From NCBI GenBank assembly GCA_947503175.1, contig CANNCO010000006.1, forward strand, positions 62,323-126,322: a DNA stretch of 64,000 bases. Reading direction: 5' to 3'. The position numbers and the translations under genes were made by a program. This document shows positions 28,599 to 38,153 of the stretch, piece after piece. Numbering within the stretch: position 1 is the stretch's first letter; each line of letters begins with the position of its first letter. The notes under the pieces are model-generated. The model ran no database searches, was not told where the DNA came from, and saw nothing but the letters and a program-made list of their open reading frames with translations. This DNA comes from an uncultured Rhodobacteraceae bacterium. Lineage in GTDB: Bacteria; Pseudomonadota; Alphaproteobacteria; Rhodobacterales; Rhodobacteraceae.

Positions 28599-28837
28599 CC
28601 TATCACGTCGAAGGCCCGATCATGACGGGCGCATCACAGGTTCTTGTTGTGAGCAAGACCGAGGTTGCGGGAGCGCGGATCCGGGGTATCGACCTTTTCA
28701 ATGCGTCCAAAAAACCGATCTGCGTCGTGGTCCGGTCAGGCTCGAAAGTGCAAAGGTTCGACATACCCGGCACTGGCGTGGACCCGGCAAAAATCGATGC
28801 GCTCATACCCGATCTGAGAGATGCTGACCCGCCGTAA
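28595..28837 (+). CDS. Small hypothetical protein (80 aa)
   Basis: ATGA overlap with the DUF2953 stop; KKPICVVVRS is weakly reminiscent of the YtfJ P-x-x-V-V strand. Confidence 0.6.
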   Translation: MTYHVEGPIMTGASQVLVVSKTEVAGARIRGIDLFNASKKPICVVVRSGSKVQRFDIPGTGVDPAKIDALIPDLRDADPP

Positions 28838-28859
28838 GTCGGCAATTCACGCCCGTAGA

Positions 28860-28873
28860 TTGACCTGTGTCAT
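28860..28873. promoter_or_regulatory. Weaker FNR/FixK-type box TTGAC-CTGT-GTCAT
   Basis: Centre about 66 bp upstream of the adaptor gene ATG at 28933; imperfect right half. Confidence 0.5.
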
Positions 28874-28932
28874 CGTCTTCGATCGACACGCTGCTATCGA
28901 TCATCCGAGTCTAAGCGCGAATGAGGATCGGA

Positions 28933-30174
28933 ATGAACGACACCAACAGGGATGTGGCCGAAGTTCTGGGTGTGGGGCGCAAGAACAGGCGCGGTCTGCG
29001 CTGGGCCGGTTACGCGATAGCTGCGGCGGTTATCGGTGGTGGTGTCGTCTACTGGATCCAAAGCGCGGATGCGGTACGCGCGGTCCAATATGCCACGGCA
29101 CCGGCCGAGGTTTCCAGCTTTGTCGTGACCGTAACGGCAACGGGCTCGGTCGAGCCAACAAACCTCGTCGAAATCTCCAGCGAGCTTTCCGGGACCATCA
29201 AGAACGTCAATGTGGATTACAACGATCAGGTCGAGGTCGGCACGATTCTGGCCGAGCTGGATACGACCAAACTCAATGCCCAACTCGACGTCAGCCGCGC
29301 CGCGCTGGATGCCGCCATCGCCCGGGTGGCGATGGCCCGGGCAACACTGGACGAAGCCAAGGAACGCTATGAGGCCTCTCTGGACCTGCAACAAAGGGGC
29401 GTGGACTCTCGCCAGGCCCTGATCGCGCAAAAAGCGGCATATGACCGTGCCCGGGCATCGCTGCAATCCGCAGAGGCAGATCAAAAACTGGCCGAAGCCA
29501 ATCTGGACCTTCAGAAGACCGAACTGGATAAGGCCTGCATCTGCGCACCGATTCGCGGCGTCGTGCTGGACCGTGCGGCTGACACCGGCCAGATTGTCGC
29601 CTCCGCTCTCTCGGCACCGATCCTGTTCACGCTGGCGGAAGACCTGACCCAGATGGAGTTGCGGGTGGATGTCGACGAGGCGGATATCGGACAAGTCGCC
29701 GTTGGGGACAAGGCGACTTTCACGGTCGATGCCTATGACGACCAGCTTTTTCCCGCCGAGATTTCAGAGATCCGCTTCGCGCCCGAGATCATCGAGGGTG
29801 TCGTAACCTACAAGGCCGTTCTCACGATCGACAATTCCGAGATGTTGCTGCGCCCGGGCATGACGGCGACAGCCGACATCACCGTGGATGAAAAAACGGA
29901 TGTCCTCACAGTTCCGAATGCGGCCCTGCGCTATGCGCCGCCCGTTGAGCAGACCGGCGACGAGGACGAACGGAGCGGTCTGTTGGGAATGCTGATCCCG
30001 TCGGACAGCGACATGAGACAACGGGGCGATGACCGCGCGATATGGGTGTTGCGCGACGATCAGGCCGTCCAGACCGAGGTTCGCCCCGGCGCCACGAACG
30101 GGCAGATTACCGAAATCCTTGAAGGCGATCTTTCCGAGGGCGATCTGGTGATCGTGGACCGGATCGATGGCTGA
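28933..30174 (+). CDS. MacA-like periplasmic adaptor (membrane fusion protein)
   Basis: TM anchor, VTATGSVEP..VEISSELSG, alpha-hairpin, VDVDEADIG; GAGGA RBS. Confidence 0.9.
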   Translation: MNDTNRDVAEVLGVGRKNRRGLRWAGYAIAAAVIGGGVVYWIQSADAVRAVQYATAPAEVSSFVVTVTATGSVEPTNLVEISSELSGTIKNVNVDYNDQVEVGTILAELDTTKLNAQLDVSRAALDAAIARVAMARATLDEAKERYEASLDLQQRGVDSRQALIAQKAAYDRARASLQSAEADQKLAEANLDLQKTELDKACICAPIRGVVLDRAADTGQIVASALSAPILFTLAEDLTQMELRVDVDEADIGQVAVGDKATFTVDAYDDQLFPAEISEIRFAPEIIEGVVTYKAVLTIDNSEMLLRPGMTATADITVDEKTDVLTVPNAALRYAPPVEQTGDEDERSGLLGMLIPSDSDMRQRGDDRAIWVLRDDQAVQTEVRPGATNGQITEILEGDLSEGDLVIVDRIDG

Positions 30175-30883
30175 GAGCACGGGGAAAAACGCGCTGATCG
30201 ATCTGCGCGGGATCAGCCGGGTCTATGGTGAGGGCGAAACAGAGGTTCGCGCGCTTGACGGGATCGATCTGGCCATCGACGAGGGCGAGTTCGTCGCCAT
30301 CATGGGGCCCAGCGGCTCCGGCAAATCGACGGCGATGAACGTTATCGGTTGCCTCGACAGCCCGACAAGCGGAACCTACCTGTTCGATGGTGTCGAGGTG
30401 GCGAATCTGACCCGGGATCAGCGCGCGCTGCTCAGGCGTCACTATCTGGGCTTTATTTTTCAGGGCTACAATCTGATCGCCCGCTCAAGCGCGCTCCACA
30501 ACGTCGAACTGCCCTTGATCTACAAGGGCATGCCGCGTGCCGAGCGGATCAGGGCCGCTACGGCCGCGCTTGAGAAAGTTGGGCTGGCGCACCGGGATCA
30601 TCACGATCCGTCCGAGCTGTCGGGCGGGCAGCAGCAACGCGTCGCCATCGCCCGTGCGCTTGCGGGTAATCCGCGTGTCGTGTTGGCCGACGAACCGACC
30701 GGCAACCTTGATACGACACGATCGATCGAGATCATGGAGGTGTTGCGCGACCTGAACCGCAACGAGGGGCTGACCATCGTAATGGTCACCCATGAGGACG
30801 ACATGGCGCAGTTCGCGGATCGCCTAGTCTGGATGGTTGACGGCCGGATCGAAAGCGACAGCCCGACACAGAGGGCCGCCTGA
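30167..30883 (+). CDS. ABC transporter ATP-binding protein (MacB/LolD type)
   Basis: GPSGSGKST, LSGGQQQRVAIARAL, LADEPTGNLD. Confidence 0.95.
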   Translation: MAESTGKNALIDLRGISRVYGEGETEVRALDGIDLAIDEGEFVAIMGPSGSGKSTAMNVIGCLDSPTSGTYLFDGVEVANLTRDQRALLRRHYLGFIFQGYNLIARSSALHNVELPLIYKGMPRAERIRAATAALEKVGLAHRDHHDPSELSGGQQQRVAIARALAGNPRVVLADEPTGNLDTTRSIEIMEVLRDLNRNEGLTIVMVTHEDDMAQFADRLVWMVDGRIESDSPTQRAA

Positions 30884-30884
30884 G

Positions 30885-32096
30885 ATGATCTGGGAAGCCG
30901 TCAAACTTGCGGTGCAGGCAATCTTCCGAAACGCATTGCGTTCGTTTCTGACCGTTCTCGGGATCGTGATCGGCGTCTCGGCCGTCATCGCGATGGTTAC
31001 CGTCGGACAGGGATCGACAGAGCAGGTCACAGCGGATGTCGAGAAGTTGGGAACGAACGTCCTTATGGTCATGCCGGGACAGGACGCAATGCAGGGCGGT
31101 CCGGCCACCACCGCGATCCAGCAGTTCAACATACGCGACAACGAGGCCCTGCAAGAGCAACTGGCCATAGTCGACATCTCCGCGCCGCTCTCCTTCTCCC
31201 GCGCGCGGGCTGTTTTCGGAAATGAAAACCGCCGTACCGATATCATCGGCACCGACAACCGGTACTTCGAGGCAGCACGATGGGAAGTCGCCATCGGCCG
31301 GGTTTTCGAACCTTCGGAAATCCAGTCTGGCAAGCCTGTATGCGTGTTGGGCGAAACCGTGCGGAAAAGCCTGTTCGGATATGCCGACCCGGTGGGCGAA
31401 ACGATCCGGATCAAGACGCTGTCCTGCACGGTGATCGGGCTGTTGCAGTCGAAGGGCGCCTCGACCTTCGGCAGCGATCAAGACGACTTCGTGATCATGC
31501 CGATCAAGGCGTTCCAGCGGCGCATCGCGGGAAACACCGACGTCTCCACCCTCTATCTCTCGGTACATGAAGGCGTCTCAACGGACCGCGCAAAGGAAGA
31601 AATCGAGCGTTTCATGCGCGAAATCCGTCATATAGGCGCGAACGAAGACGATGATTTCACTGTCATGGACATGAAACAAATCTCGACCATGCTGTCCGGG
31701 ATAACCGACATCCTCACCGGGCTGTTGTCGGCGGTCGCGGCTGTCAGTCTTCTTGTCGGCGGGATTGGGATTATGAACATCATGCTCGTGTCGGTCACCG
31801 AAAGGACCCGCGAAATCGGCATCCGACTGGCCATCGGCGCACAGGCGCGACAGGTGCTGACACAGTTCCTGGTCGAGGCAATCGTGCTGTCCCTGATCGG
31901 CGGGTTGATTGGGGTCGTGCTCGGGCTTGTCCTGGGCTTTGTCGGCGCTCAGATGCTTGCCGTGCCTTTCGCGCCCGAGCCTGGCGTTGTCCTACTTGCC
32001 TTTGCGTTCTCGTTCGCAGTGGGGGTGATCTTTGGCTACTTTCCGGCACGGCGCGCCGCAAACCTTGATCCGATCGAGGCATTAAGGCGCGAATAG
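30885..32096 (+). CDS. MacB/FtsX-type ABC permease
   Basis: RSFLTVLGIVIGV, LLVGGIGIMNIMLVSVTERTREIGIR, PARRAANLDPIEALR. Confidence 0.93.
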   Translation: MIWEAVKLAVQAIFRNALRSFLTVLGIVIGVSAVIAMVTVGQGSTEQVTADVEKLGTNVLMVMPGQDAMQGGPATTAIQQFNIRDNEALQEQLAIVDISAPLSFSRARAVFGNENRRTDIIGTDNRYFEAARWEVAIGRVFEPSEIQSGKPVCVLGETVRKSLFGYADPVGETIRIKTLSCTVIGLLQSKGASTFGSDQDDFVIMPIKAFQRRIAGNTDVSTLYLSVHEGVSTDRAKEEIERFMREIRHIGANEDDDFTVMDMKQISTMLSGITDILTGLLSAVAAVSLLVGGIGIMNIMLVSVTERTREIGIRLAIGAQARQVLTQFLVEAIVLSLIGGLIGVVLGLVLGFVGAQMLAVPFAPEPGVVLLAFAFSFAVGVIFGYFPARRAANLDPIEALRRE

Positions 32097-32133
32097 CACA
32101 ACACTTCCGCAAAAGCCGTCAGGCGCCACACGT

Positions 32134-32147
32134 TTGACCACGATCAA
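32134..32147. promoter_or_regulatory. FNR/FixK-type box TTGAC-CACG-ATCAA upstream of ppsA
   Basis: Centre about 64 bp upstream of the ppsA ATG. Confidence 0.78.
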
Positions 32148-32204
32148 AGCTGTACCTGCAGGGATCGTTAGCATCGCTGAGGATCGTCAAAAAAGGAGAA
32201 CTCG

Positions 32205-34598
32205 ATGGACCAGAGCAACACCCCGAAACAGAAGTCGCTGATATGGCTCGAACACCTGAAACGGGAGGATGTTGCAAAGGTTGGTGGCAAGAACTCGTCG
32301 CTTGGCGAGATGCTGCAATCCCTCGATGTGGCCCAGATCCGTGTGCCGCCGGGTTTCGCCACCACCTCCGACGCCTATCGTGCCTTCATGAAGGCCAATG
32401 CGTTCAGCGATGTCCTGAAGGAGGAACTCGCCAAACTGGAAGATGGCCGGTCGAGCCTCGCCGAAGCCGGGCGCGAGATCCGCGCCACGATTGCTAGCGG
32501 CGTCTGGCCCGAAGAAATCGAAACCGATATACGCGCCGCTTACCGCGAACTGGGCAACCGCGTCGGACGGGCCGACCCGTCCGTCGCCGTCCGGTCATCG
32601 GCAACAGCCGAGGATCTGCCGGATGCAAGCTTTGCCGGACAGCAGGAGACATTCCTGAATGTCGTGGGAGAAGAGGCACTGCTGGCCGCGTGCCGGCGCT
32701 GCTTCGCATCGCTCTTTACCGACCGGGCCATCACCTATCGCCAGATCAAAGGCTTCGACCACATGGAAGTGGCGTTGTCGATCGGCGTTCAGCTTATGGT
32801 CAGGTCCGACATCGGCGGCTCCGGCGTGATGTTCTCGATCGACACCGAAAGCGGCTTCGACAAGATCGTACTGATCAACGCGGCCTGGGGTCTGGGCGAA
32901 AATGTCGTCCAGGGCGCGGTCAGCCCCGATGAGTATCAGGTCTATAAACCGTTTCTGAACCGCGAAGGCCTGACGCCCATTGTCCACAAGGCCCTTGGCG
33001 CGAAGGAAATCAAGATGATCTACGGTCAGGCCGGGGCACCCGCAACGCGGAACGTCCCCACATCCAAGGCCGAACGGGGCAACTTCGTCCTGTCAGATGC
33101 CGACATTCTGGAACTCGCGCGGGCGGCCGTACTGATCGAGGATCACTATGGATGCGCGATGGACATGGAATGGGCCCGCGATGGCGAGGACGGGCTTCTC
33201 TATATCGTTCAGGCGCGTCCGGAGACGGTGCAATCACGCGTCGATGCGGGCGCGATGAAGACCTACACGCTTGGCGACCATGGCGAAGCATTGCTGACCG
33301 GGCTGAGTGTTGGCGGTGCCGTCGCGTCGGGTGAGGTTTGCATCATCGAAAGTGCGGCGGATATCGATCGGTTCGTCGACGGATCCGTTCTTGTCACATC
33401 CACGACCGACCCCGACTGGGTACCGATCATGAAACGCGCCGCGGCTATCGTCACCGATCATGGCGGGCGTACATCACACGCGGCCATCGTCAGCCGGGAA
33501 CTGGGCGTTCCCGCCATCGTCGGCACCGGAAACGCAACCCATGTTCTTCATGATCATCAGATGGTTACCGTCTCCTGCGCCGAGGGCGAAGAGGGCATGA
33601 TCTATGCCGGCGAAGCAGAAGTGACGGTCGCCGAGGTGCGCATAGATAAGGTTCCGGAGACCCGGACGAAGATCATGCTGAACCTCGCCAACCCACAGGC
33701 GGCGACACGTTGGTGGCGGCTTCCGGCAGATGGCGTTGGTCTTGCCCGCATGGAGTTCGTCGTCAGCAACGAGGTGAAGGTCCACCCCCTTGCGCTGACC
33801 CGCTACGACGAGCTGGACTCAGCCGAAGATCGTGCTGCAATTGACGCGCTGACCGAAGGTTACGAAGATCGGGCGGACTACTTCGTCCACAAGCTCGCCA
33901 TGGGGTTGTCGCGGATCGCGGCGGTTTGGTACCCGCATCCGACGATCATCCGGATGAGCGATTTCAAGACCAACGAATATGCAGACCTCCTGGGCGGGCG
34001 CATGTTCGAACCGCAAGAAGAAAACCCGATGATCGGGTTCCGTGGCGCGTCGCGTTACTACTCCGACCGGTACAAGGACGGGTTCGCTCTGGAATGCCGG
34101 GCAATCCGCTATCTGCGGGATCAGATGGGGTTCGACAACGTAGTGGTCATGATCCCGTTCTGCCGCACGCTTGACGAAGCCGACCGCGTCTTGGACGTAA
34201 TGGCCGAACAGGGTCTGAAGCGCGGCGAAAACGGGTTGCAGGTCTACGTGATGTGCGAGGTCCCCTCCAACGTGATCAGCGCCGAGGCGTTTGCCGAACG
34301 GTTTGACGGTTTCTCTGTCGGTTCGAACGATCTGACCCAGCTCACACTCGGGATCGACCGCGATTCCGAGGCGTTGGTCGGTCTGTTCGACGAGCGCGAT
34401 CCATCGGTTATCTGGATGATCGAGACGGTCATCACCAAAGCGCATGCGGCTGGGCGGAAAGTCGGGCTTTGCGGACAGGCGCCCAGCAACGATCCAGACT
34501 TCGCCCGGCTTCTGGTCAATGCGGAGATCGACACGATCTCGGTCACGCCGGACAGTTTTCTTGCGGTGAAAGAGCGCGTCGCCAAGGCGGAAAACTGA
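32205..34598 (+). CDS. ppsA: Phosphoenolpyruvate synthase
   Basis: VGGKNSSLGE, AVRSSATAEDLP, GGRTSHAAIV phospho-His, FSVGSNDLTQL, GLCGQAPS. Confidence 0.97.
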   Translation: MDQSNTPKQKSLIWLEHLKREDVAKVGGKNSSLGEMLQSLDVAQIRVPPGFATTSDAYRAFMKANAFSDVLKEELAKLEDGRSSLAEAGREIRATIASGVWPEEIETDIRAAYRELGNRVGRADPSVAVRSSATAEDLPDASFAGQQETFLNVVGEEALLAACRRCFASLFTDRAITYRQIKGFDHMEVALSIGVQLMVRSDIGGSGVMFSIDTESGFDKIVLINAAWGLGENVVQGAVSPDEYQVYKPFLNREGLTPIVHKALGAKEIKMIYGQAGAPATRNVPTSKAERGNFVLSDADILELARAAVLIEDHYGCAMDMEWARDGEDGLLYIVQARPETVQSRVDAGAMKTYTLGDHGEALLTGLSVGGAVASGEVCIIESAADIDRFVDGSVLVTSTTDPDWVPIMKRAAAIVTDHGGRTSHAAIVSRELGVPAIVGTGNATHVLHDHQMVTVSCAEGEEGMIYAGEAEVTVAEVRIDKVPETRTKIMLNLANPQAATRWWRLPADGVGLARMEFVVSNEVKVHPLALTRYDELDSAEDRAAIDALTEGYEDRADYFVHKLAMGLSRIAAVWYPHPTIIRMSDFKTNEYADLLGGRMFEPQEENPMIGFRGASRYYSDRYKDGFALECRAIRYLRDQMGFDNVVVMIPFCRTLDEADRVLDVMAEQGLKRGENGLQVYVMCEVPSNVISAEAFAERFDGFSVGSNDLTQLTLGIDRDSEALVGLFDERDPSVIWMIETVITKAHAAGRKVGLCGQAPSNDPDFARLLVNAEIDTISVTPDSFLAVKERVAKAEN

Positions 34599-34617
34599 TC
34601 CAACCGGGATCGAGCAG

Positions 34618-34644
34618 AGCCTCACCGTCACGGACGGTGAGGCT
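34618..34644. terminator. Perfect 12-bp stem-loop AGCCTCACCGTC-acg-GACGGTGAGGCT between convergent genes
   Basis: 20 bp after the ppsA stop; only a short T-run follows. Confidence 0.6.
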
Positions 34645-34809
34645 TCGCGAACCAGCCATCCGGCAATGACGCTGCGGCCCGTCCCTGCCCCGCCATAAGC
34701 GCGTACTCCGTCGGACTGCTACGAAAGATCTGCAGTCAGCCGTGCCAGACGAACCCTATCAGGACGTCGCAGGAAGGCGGCGGCAAACTGATTGCAGCAG
34801 TGACGGCAT

Positions 34810-35826
34810 TCAGGCTTTGGGGCCGATGATCGCCCTGATCTTCTCAAGGGTCGCCGCGCTGACCGCAACGCCGGTTCTCTGCGCTGTAAAGCGTTTCGCC
34901 CGACGGCCATCGCCCGGCAGATGCGCACCTTCCTGCGTACAGATGGCCTGAACCAGATCGGCGATGCGTGTTTCGAACACCTGGCCGGACGCCGCCGCCG
35001 GATCAATTGCCAGAAAGAACTGACCCGTGCGCGGCGGGCCACCCTTGGTTCCCGAAAACGGCGATGCGTCGATCCCAAGCTGTCCGCCCGAAAGCGCCGC
35101 CGCCATCACCTCGACCAGAAGCGCCACGCCGACACCCTTGTACCCCCCCGAGGGTGCCATTGAACCTTTGAGCCCCACCTCCGGATCGGTCGTGGGCTGC
35201 CCTTCGGCATCAAGCGCCCAGCCGACTGGAATGGCGCGGCCTTCACGGGCGTGTTTCATCACCTCGCTCTTCGCAATCGTGCTCGCGCTCTGGTCGATCA
35301 GGATCGCAGGCTCGACACCCGCGCCCGGAACTCCGATCGAAAAAGGGTTCGTTCCGACGACAGGCTTTGCCCCGCCTGAGGGCGCGATCGAGGCCGGCGC
35401 ATTGGTGAACCCGATTCCCACCAGACCCGCACGCGCAAGACGTCCCGTGTGATAGCCCAGTACCCCGCAGTTATAGCTGTTGCGAATGGCCAGCGCAGCC
35501 ACGCCCTGTTCGCGCGCGAGCGGGATAAGTCTTTCAAATCCCTTATCAATTGCCGAATGCGCAAACCCGGTCGCGGCATCCACCGTCAGCATCGCCGGTC
35601 GCGGCTGTGTCAGAACGGGGATCGCGCCTCCGTCGACCTTGCCACATTGCACATGCTCACAATAGATCGGGATATAGGCCAACCCGTGACTTGCCACGCC
35701 ATCGGCTTCGGTCGCCGCTGTCGCAACAGCCAGCGGGCGCGCATTCTCCGGTGTCGTTCCGGCTGCGACAAGCGCACGAAACGCTAGGTCTTCGACCGCT
35801 GTCAGGCTCAGTGTCTCGGTGTTCAT
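34810..35826 (-). CDS. Ldh_2 (malate/L-lactate/sulfolactate dehydrogenase-like) oxidoreductase
   Basis: EADGVASHGL, VGTNPF, GGYKG.G.AL..E; substrate unknown. Confidence 0.88.
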   Translation of the reverse strand: MNTETLSLTAVEDLAFRALVAAGTTPENARPLAVATAATEADGVASHGLAYIPIYCEHVQCGKVDGGAIPVLTQPRPAMLTVDAATGFAHSAIDKGFERLIPLAREQGVAALAIRNSYNCGVLGYHTGRLARAGLVGIGFTNAPASIAPSGGAKPVVGTNPFSIGVPGAGVEPAILIDQSASTIAKSEVMKHAREGRAIPVGWALDAEGQPTTDPEVGLKGSMAPSGGYKGVGVALLVEVMAAALSGGQLGIDASPFSGTKGGPPRTGQFFLAIDPAAASGQVFETRIADLVQAICTQEGAHLPGDGRRAKRFTAQRTGVAVSAATLEKIRAIIGPKA

Positions 35827-35838
35827 CTATCGCCCCTC

Positions 35839-36471
35839 TCAATCGGTATCGGTCAGTCCCGCACCCGCGCCCAAAAGACGGGATTCCGCGGTCGCGGGCG
35901 CATAGGTCCGGTGAGCAAAGCGGTTCAGCGTCTCCCACACGCCTTGTTCCGGCATCGCTCGGGACATCTGGCGGTTCGGTGCTCCCAGCAACCCTCCGCG
36001 GCACACGGTGATGAAATCAACCCGCGTGCCAATCGGACCCGTAAGGCTGATCCTGTCACCATCGGTCACAGCGGCGCCCGCAGGCCAGCTGACCGTCACC
36101 GTGTTTCGCAACTGACGCGCCGCGTGGGCCGCGAAGGGGAACAAAAGGCACGGCGCCGCGACCGGTCCCATCCGAATATCCCGGTCGGCAAGGTCCAGGG
36201 CACAATCCGAAAGGGCGGCCCCGGCGATCAGGGGACAAAGCACACTGCCCTTCCCATACCATCCCGTATCGTCCGGCAGCGGCACGCGCTCCGCGAGATC
36301 CACACCATCGAACCGCTCAATCAGACCGGCAAGCGCCCCGCAGCCGTCGATATCGTTGGCGCATAGCCAGCGAACGGCTTTCGCGGCCTCTTCGGCGAGG
36401 CCCCATTGATAGCCCGCGCCCCGCGTCGCTCTCTTCGCCGTCGCCTCGACCTCATTCAGCGAGACATTCAT
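35839..36471 (-). CDS. DUF3726-like protein
   Basis: SLNEVEATAKRATRGAGY.WGLAEEA and C-terminal RTYAPATAESRLLGAGAGL.D.D. Confidence 0.75.
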   Translation of the reverse strand: MNVSLNEVEATAKRATRGAGYQWGLAEEAAKAVRWLCANDIDGCGALAGLIERFDGVDLAERVPLPDDTGWYGKGSVLCPLIAGAALSDCALDLADRDIRMGPVAAPCLLFPFAAHAARQLRNTVTVSWPAGAAVTDGDRISLTGPIGTRVDFITVCRGGLLGAPNRQMSRAMPEQGVWETLNRFAHRTYAPATAESRLLGAGAGLTDTD

Positions 36472-38153
36472 TTCGCCTCGTCCGGATAGACCCAGAGATC
36501 GGCATTGGCCTCGGTCAGCTCCTCCGGATAAGGCGCGCCGGCATACATACAGATACGCACCCAGCGGTCAGATCGCGGATCGAAATGGGTTGCACCGAAA
36601 AACGAAAGCTTCGCACGCAGCATATCGATCGGAAGAACGTTTTTGCCGATCGTATTGTCGCGGATTTCACCATAGGGCGCGATCCGGCTCATCTGCGCGC
36701 GCCGGATCGTGTGGCGGTGCTCGGGATGCCGAAGCAGGAATGCGGCGACCGGCTGGTCATCCTGCCAATCGGCCAGTCCCGCATGGGCGGCGGCTGCATC
36801 GCGGGCCGGGGCGAGAGGTTGCTCGTACTCGGCAATCGGTTCCTCGAACCGAGCGCCCAGACGCGGTTCGAGCTTTTCTTCCGAAACATACCATGCGCGG
36901 GCGCAGTTTTCCGTCGCCTCCCAATCCCGTTTCAAAGCCCAGCCAAAGCTCTCCGCGATCAGGGCGCGCACCGTCCCGACCGGCATCCTGCCGTCGATCC
37001 GAAACGCATCGGCGTTGCTATCGGCCATGCAATCCGCCAACCCGTCCACAAGATCGGGATAGGGTTCGAGGATCAGCGACGCGATCAACTCCTGCCCTTC
37101 CTCGCTCAACGCCGCCATTGACCAGTTGCACAAACGATCCCACGAGCGTCCGGATTGCATGTCATCTCGGGCGACATAGTCGTTTATCGCTGCGAGGTCG
37201 CGGCGCAGGTCGGCCAGTTTCCGCATCTGGATCGGATGCTCGGAGGTCCATCGGTCGATGGATCGTCCACTCCGGCTCAGGATGCCACGAAAAGCACGTG
37301 CCTCCTCGGCACTCGCCTTCGTCAACCCGCGAACCCGCGAAATCGCTTCTTCCCGCGCGACGATCCAGTTGTTGAACAAAACCGGGTGGTTGACGATGAA
37401 CGGCGCCATCCCTAGGCCGGTGGAATTCCCGATCCCCAGACGGCGCGCAATCGCCGGGTCCAGATCGGCAGCACTGTTGCCGCCGGCGGCACGTGCCATA
37501 TGCTGAACCAGATCGCGAACGAAGGTGCGGGTCAGATAGACCGACAGCATCTCTGCCTGAAAGGGCACGTGCAGTTCAGGCCGGTCAGCGATTGTCTCGC
37601 GATCCGCTGCCCCGAACTTGCCGGACCCATAGACCGCCGTGGTCCGCATCAGATAGCCCACCGCGTCGATCTGACCGGGATCCGGTTGACGACCCGACGC
37701 CAGCGCATCGACCACATGCGCCCAAAGTCGGACAGAACGGTTCGCTCGTGACAGGCTCAGTTCAGTCTCATCTACACGCCCGGCTTCCTGCAACGGTACG
37801 TTCCGCGACAGCCGTTCGATATCCTCCGGTCCCGGGATCCCGTCGAACAGCGCAAACGTCGCGTCCCATGCGTCCGCTATGACCCGATCCGACCGTTTCT
37901 CCGGCGGAAGATCATGGGCAAAAGCCACAAGCGAATAGGATCGTGCCGGACCTGTCGCCGTATAGACCGCATGGCCGACGCCCTGCGCGTCGATATCGAA
38001 AACGGGGCGTGAAAACCGCCAATGCTCCCGCGACATCCGCCGGGTCAGCACACGCATGAAACTCAGACGACACTGGTGCAGCGACCCAAGCCGCTTCAGT
38101 CGCATGACGGTTTCCGGGGGCCGCCGGGGAATATGTGTCACATCCGGTGTCAT
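36468..38153 (-). CDS. Hypothetical protein, 561 aa, no recognisable domain
   Basis: Long ORF translationally coupled (ATGA) on both sides; contains YLMRTTAVYGSGKFG and LGIGNSTGLGMAPF. Confidence 0.85.
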   Translation of the reverse strand: MTPDVTHIPRRPPETVMRLKRLGSLHQCRLSFMRVLTRRMSREHWRFSRPVFDIDAQGVGHAVYTATGPARSYSLVAFAHDLPPEKRSDRVIADAWDATFALFDGIPGPEDIERLSRNVPLQEAGRVDETELSLSRANRSVRLWAHVVDALASGRQPDPGQIDAVGYLMRTTAVYGSGKFGAADRETIADRPELHVPFQAEMLSVYLTRTFVRDLVQHMARAAGGNSAADLDPAIARRLGIGNSTGLGMAPFIVNHPVLFNNWIVAREEAISRVRGLTKASAEEARAFRGILSRSGRSIDRWTSEHPIQMRKLADLRRDLAAINDYVARDDMQSGRSWDRLCNWSMAALSEEGQELIASLILEPYPDLVDGLADCMADSNADAFRIDGRMPVGTVRALIAESFGWALKRDWEATENCARAWYVSEEKLEPRLGARFEEPIAEYEQPLAPARDAAAAHAGLADWQDDQPVAAFLLRHPEHRHTIRRAQMSRIAPYGEIRDNTIGKNVLPIDMLRAKLSFFGATHFDPRSDRWVRICMYAGAPYPEELTEANADLWVYPDEAK

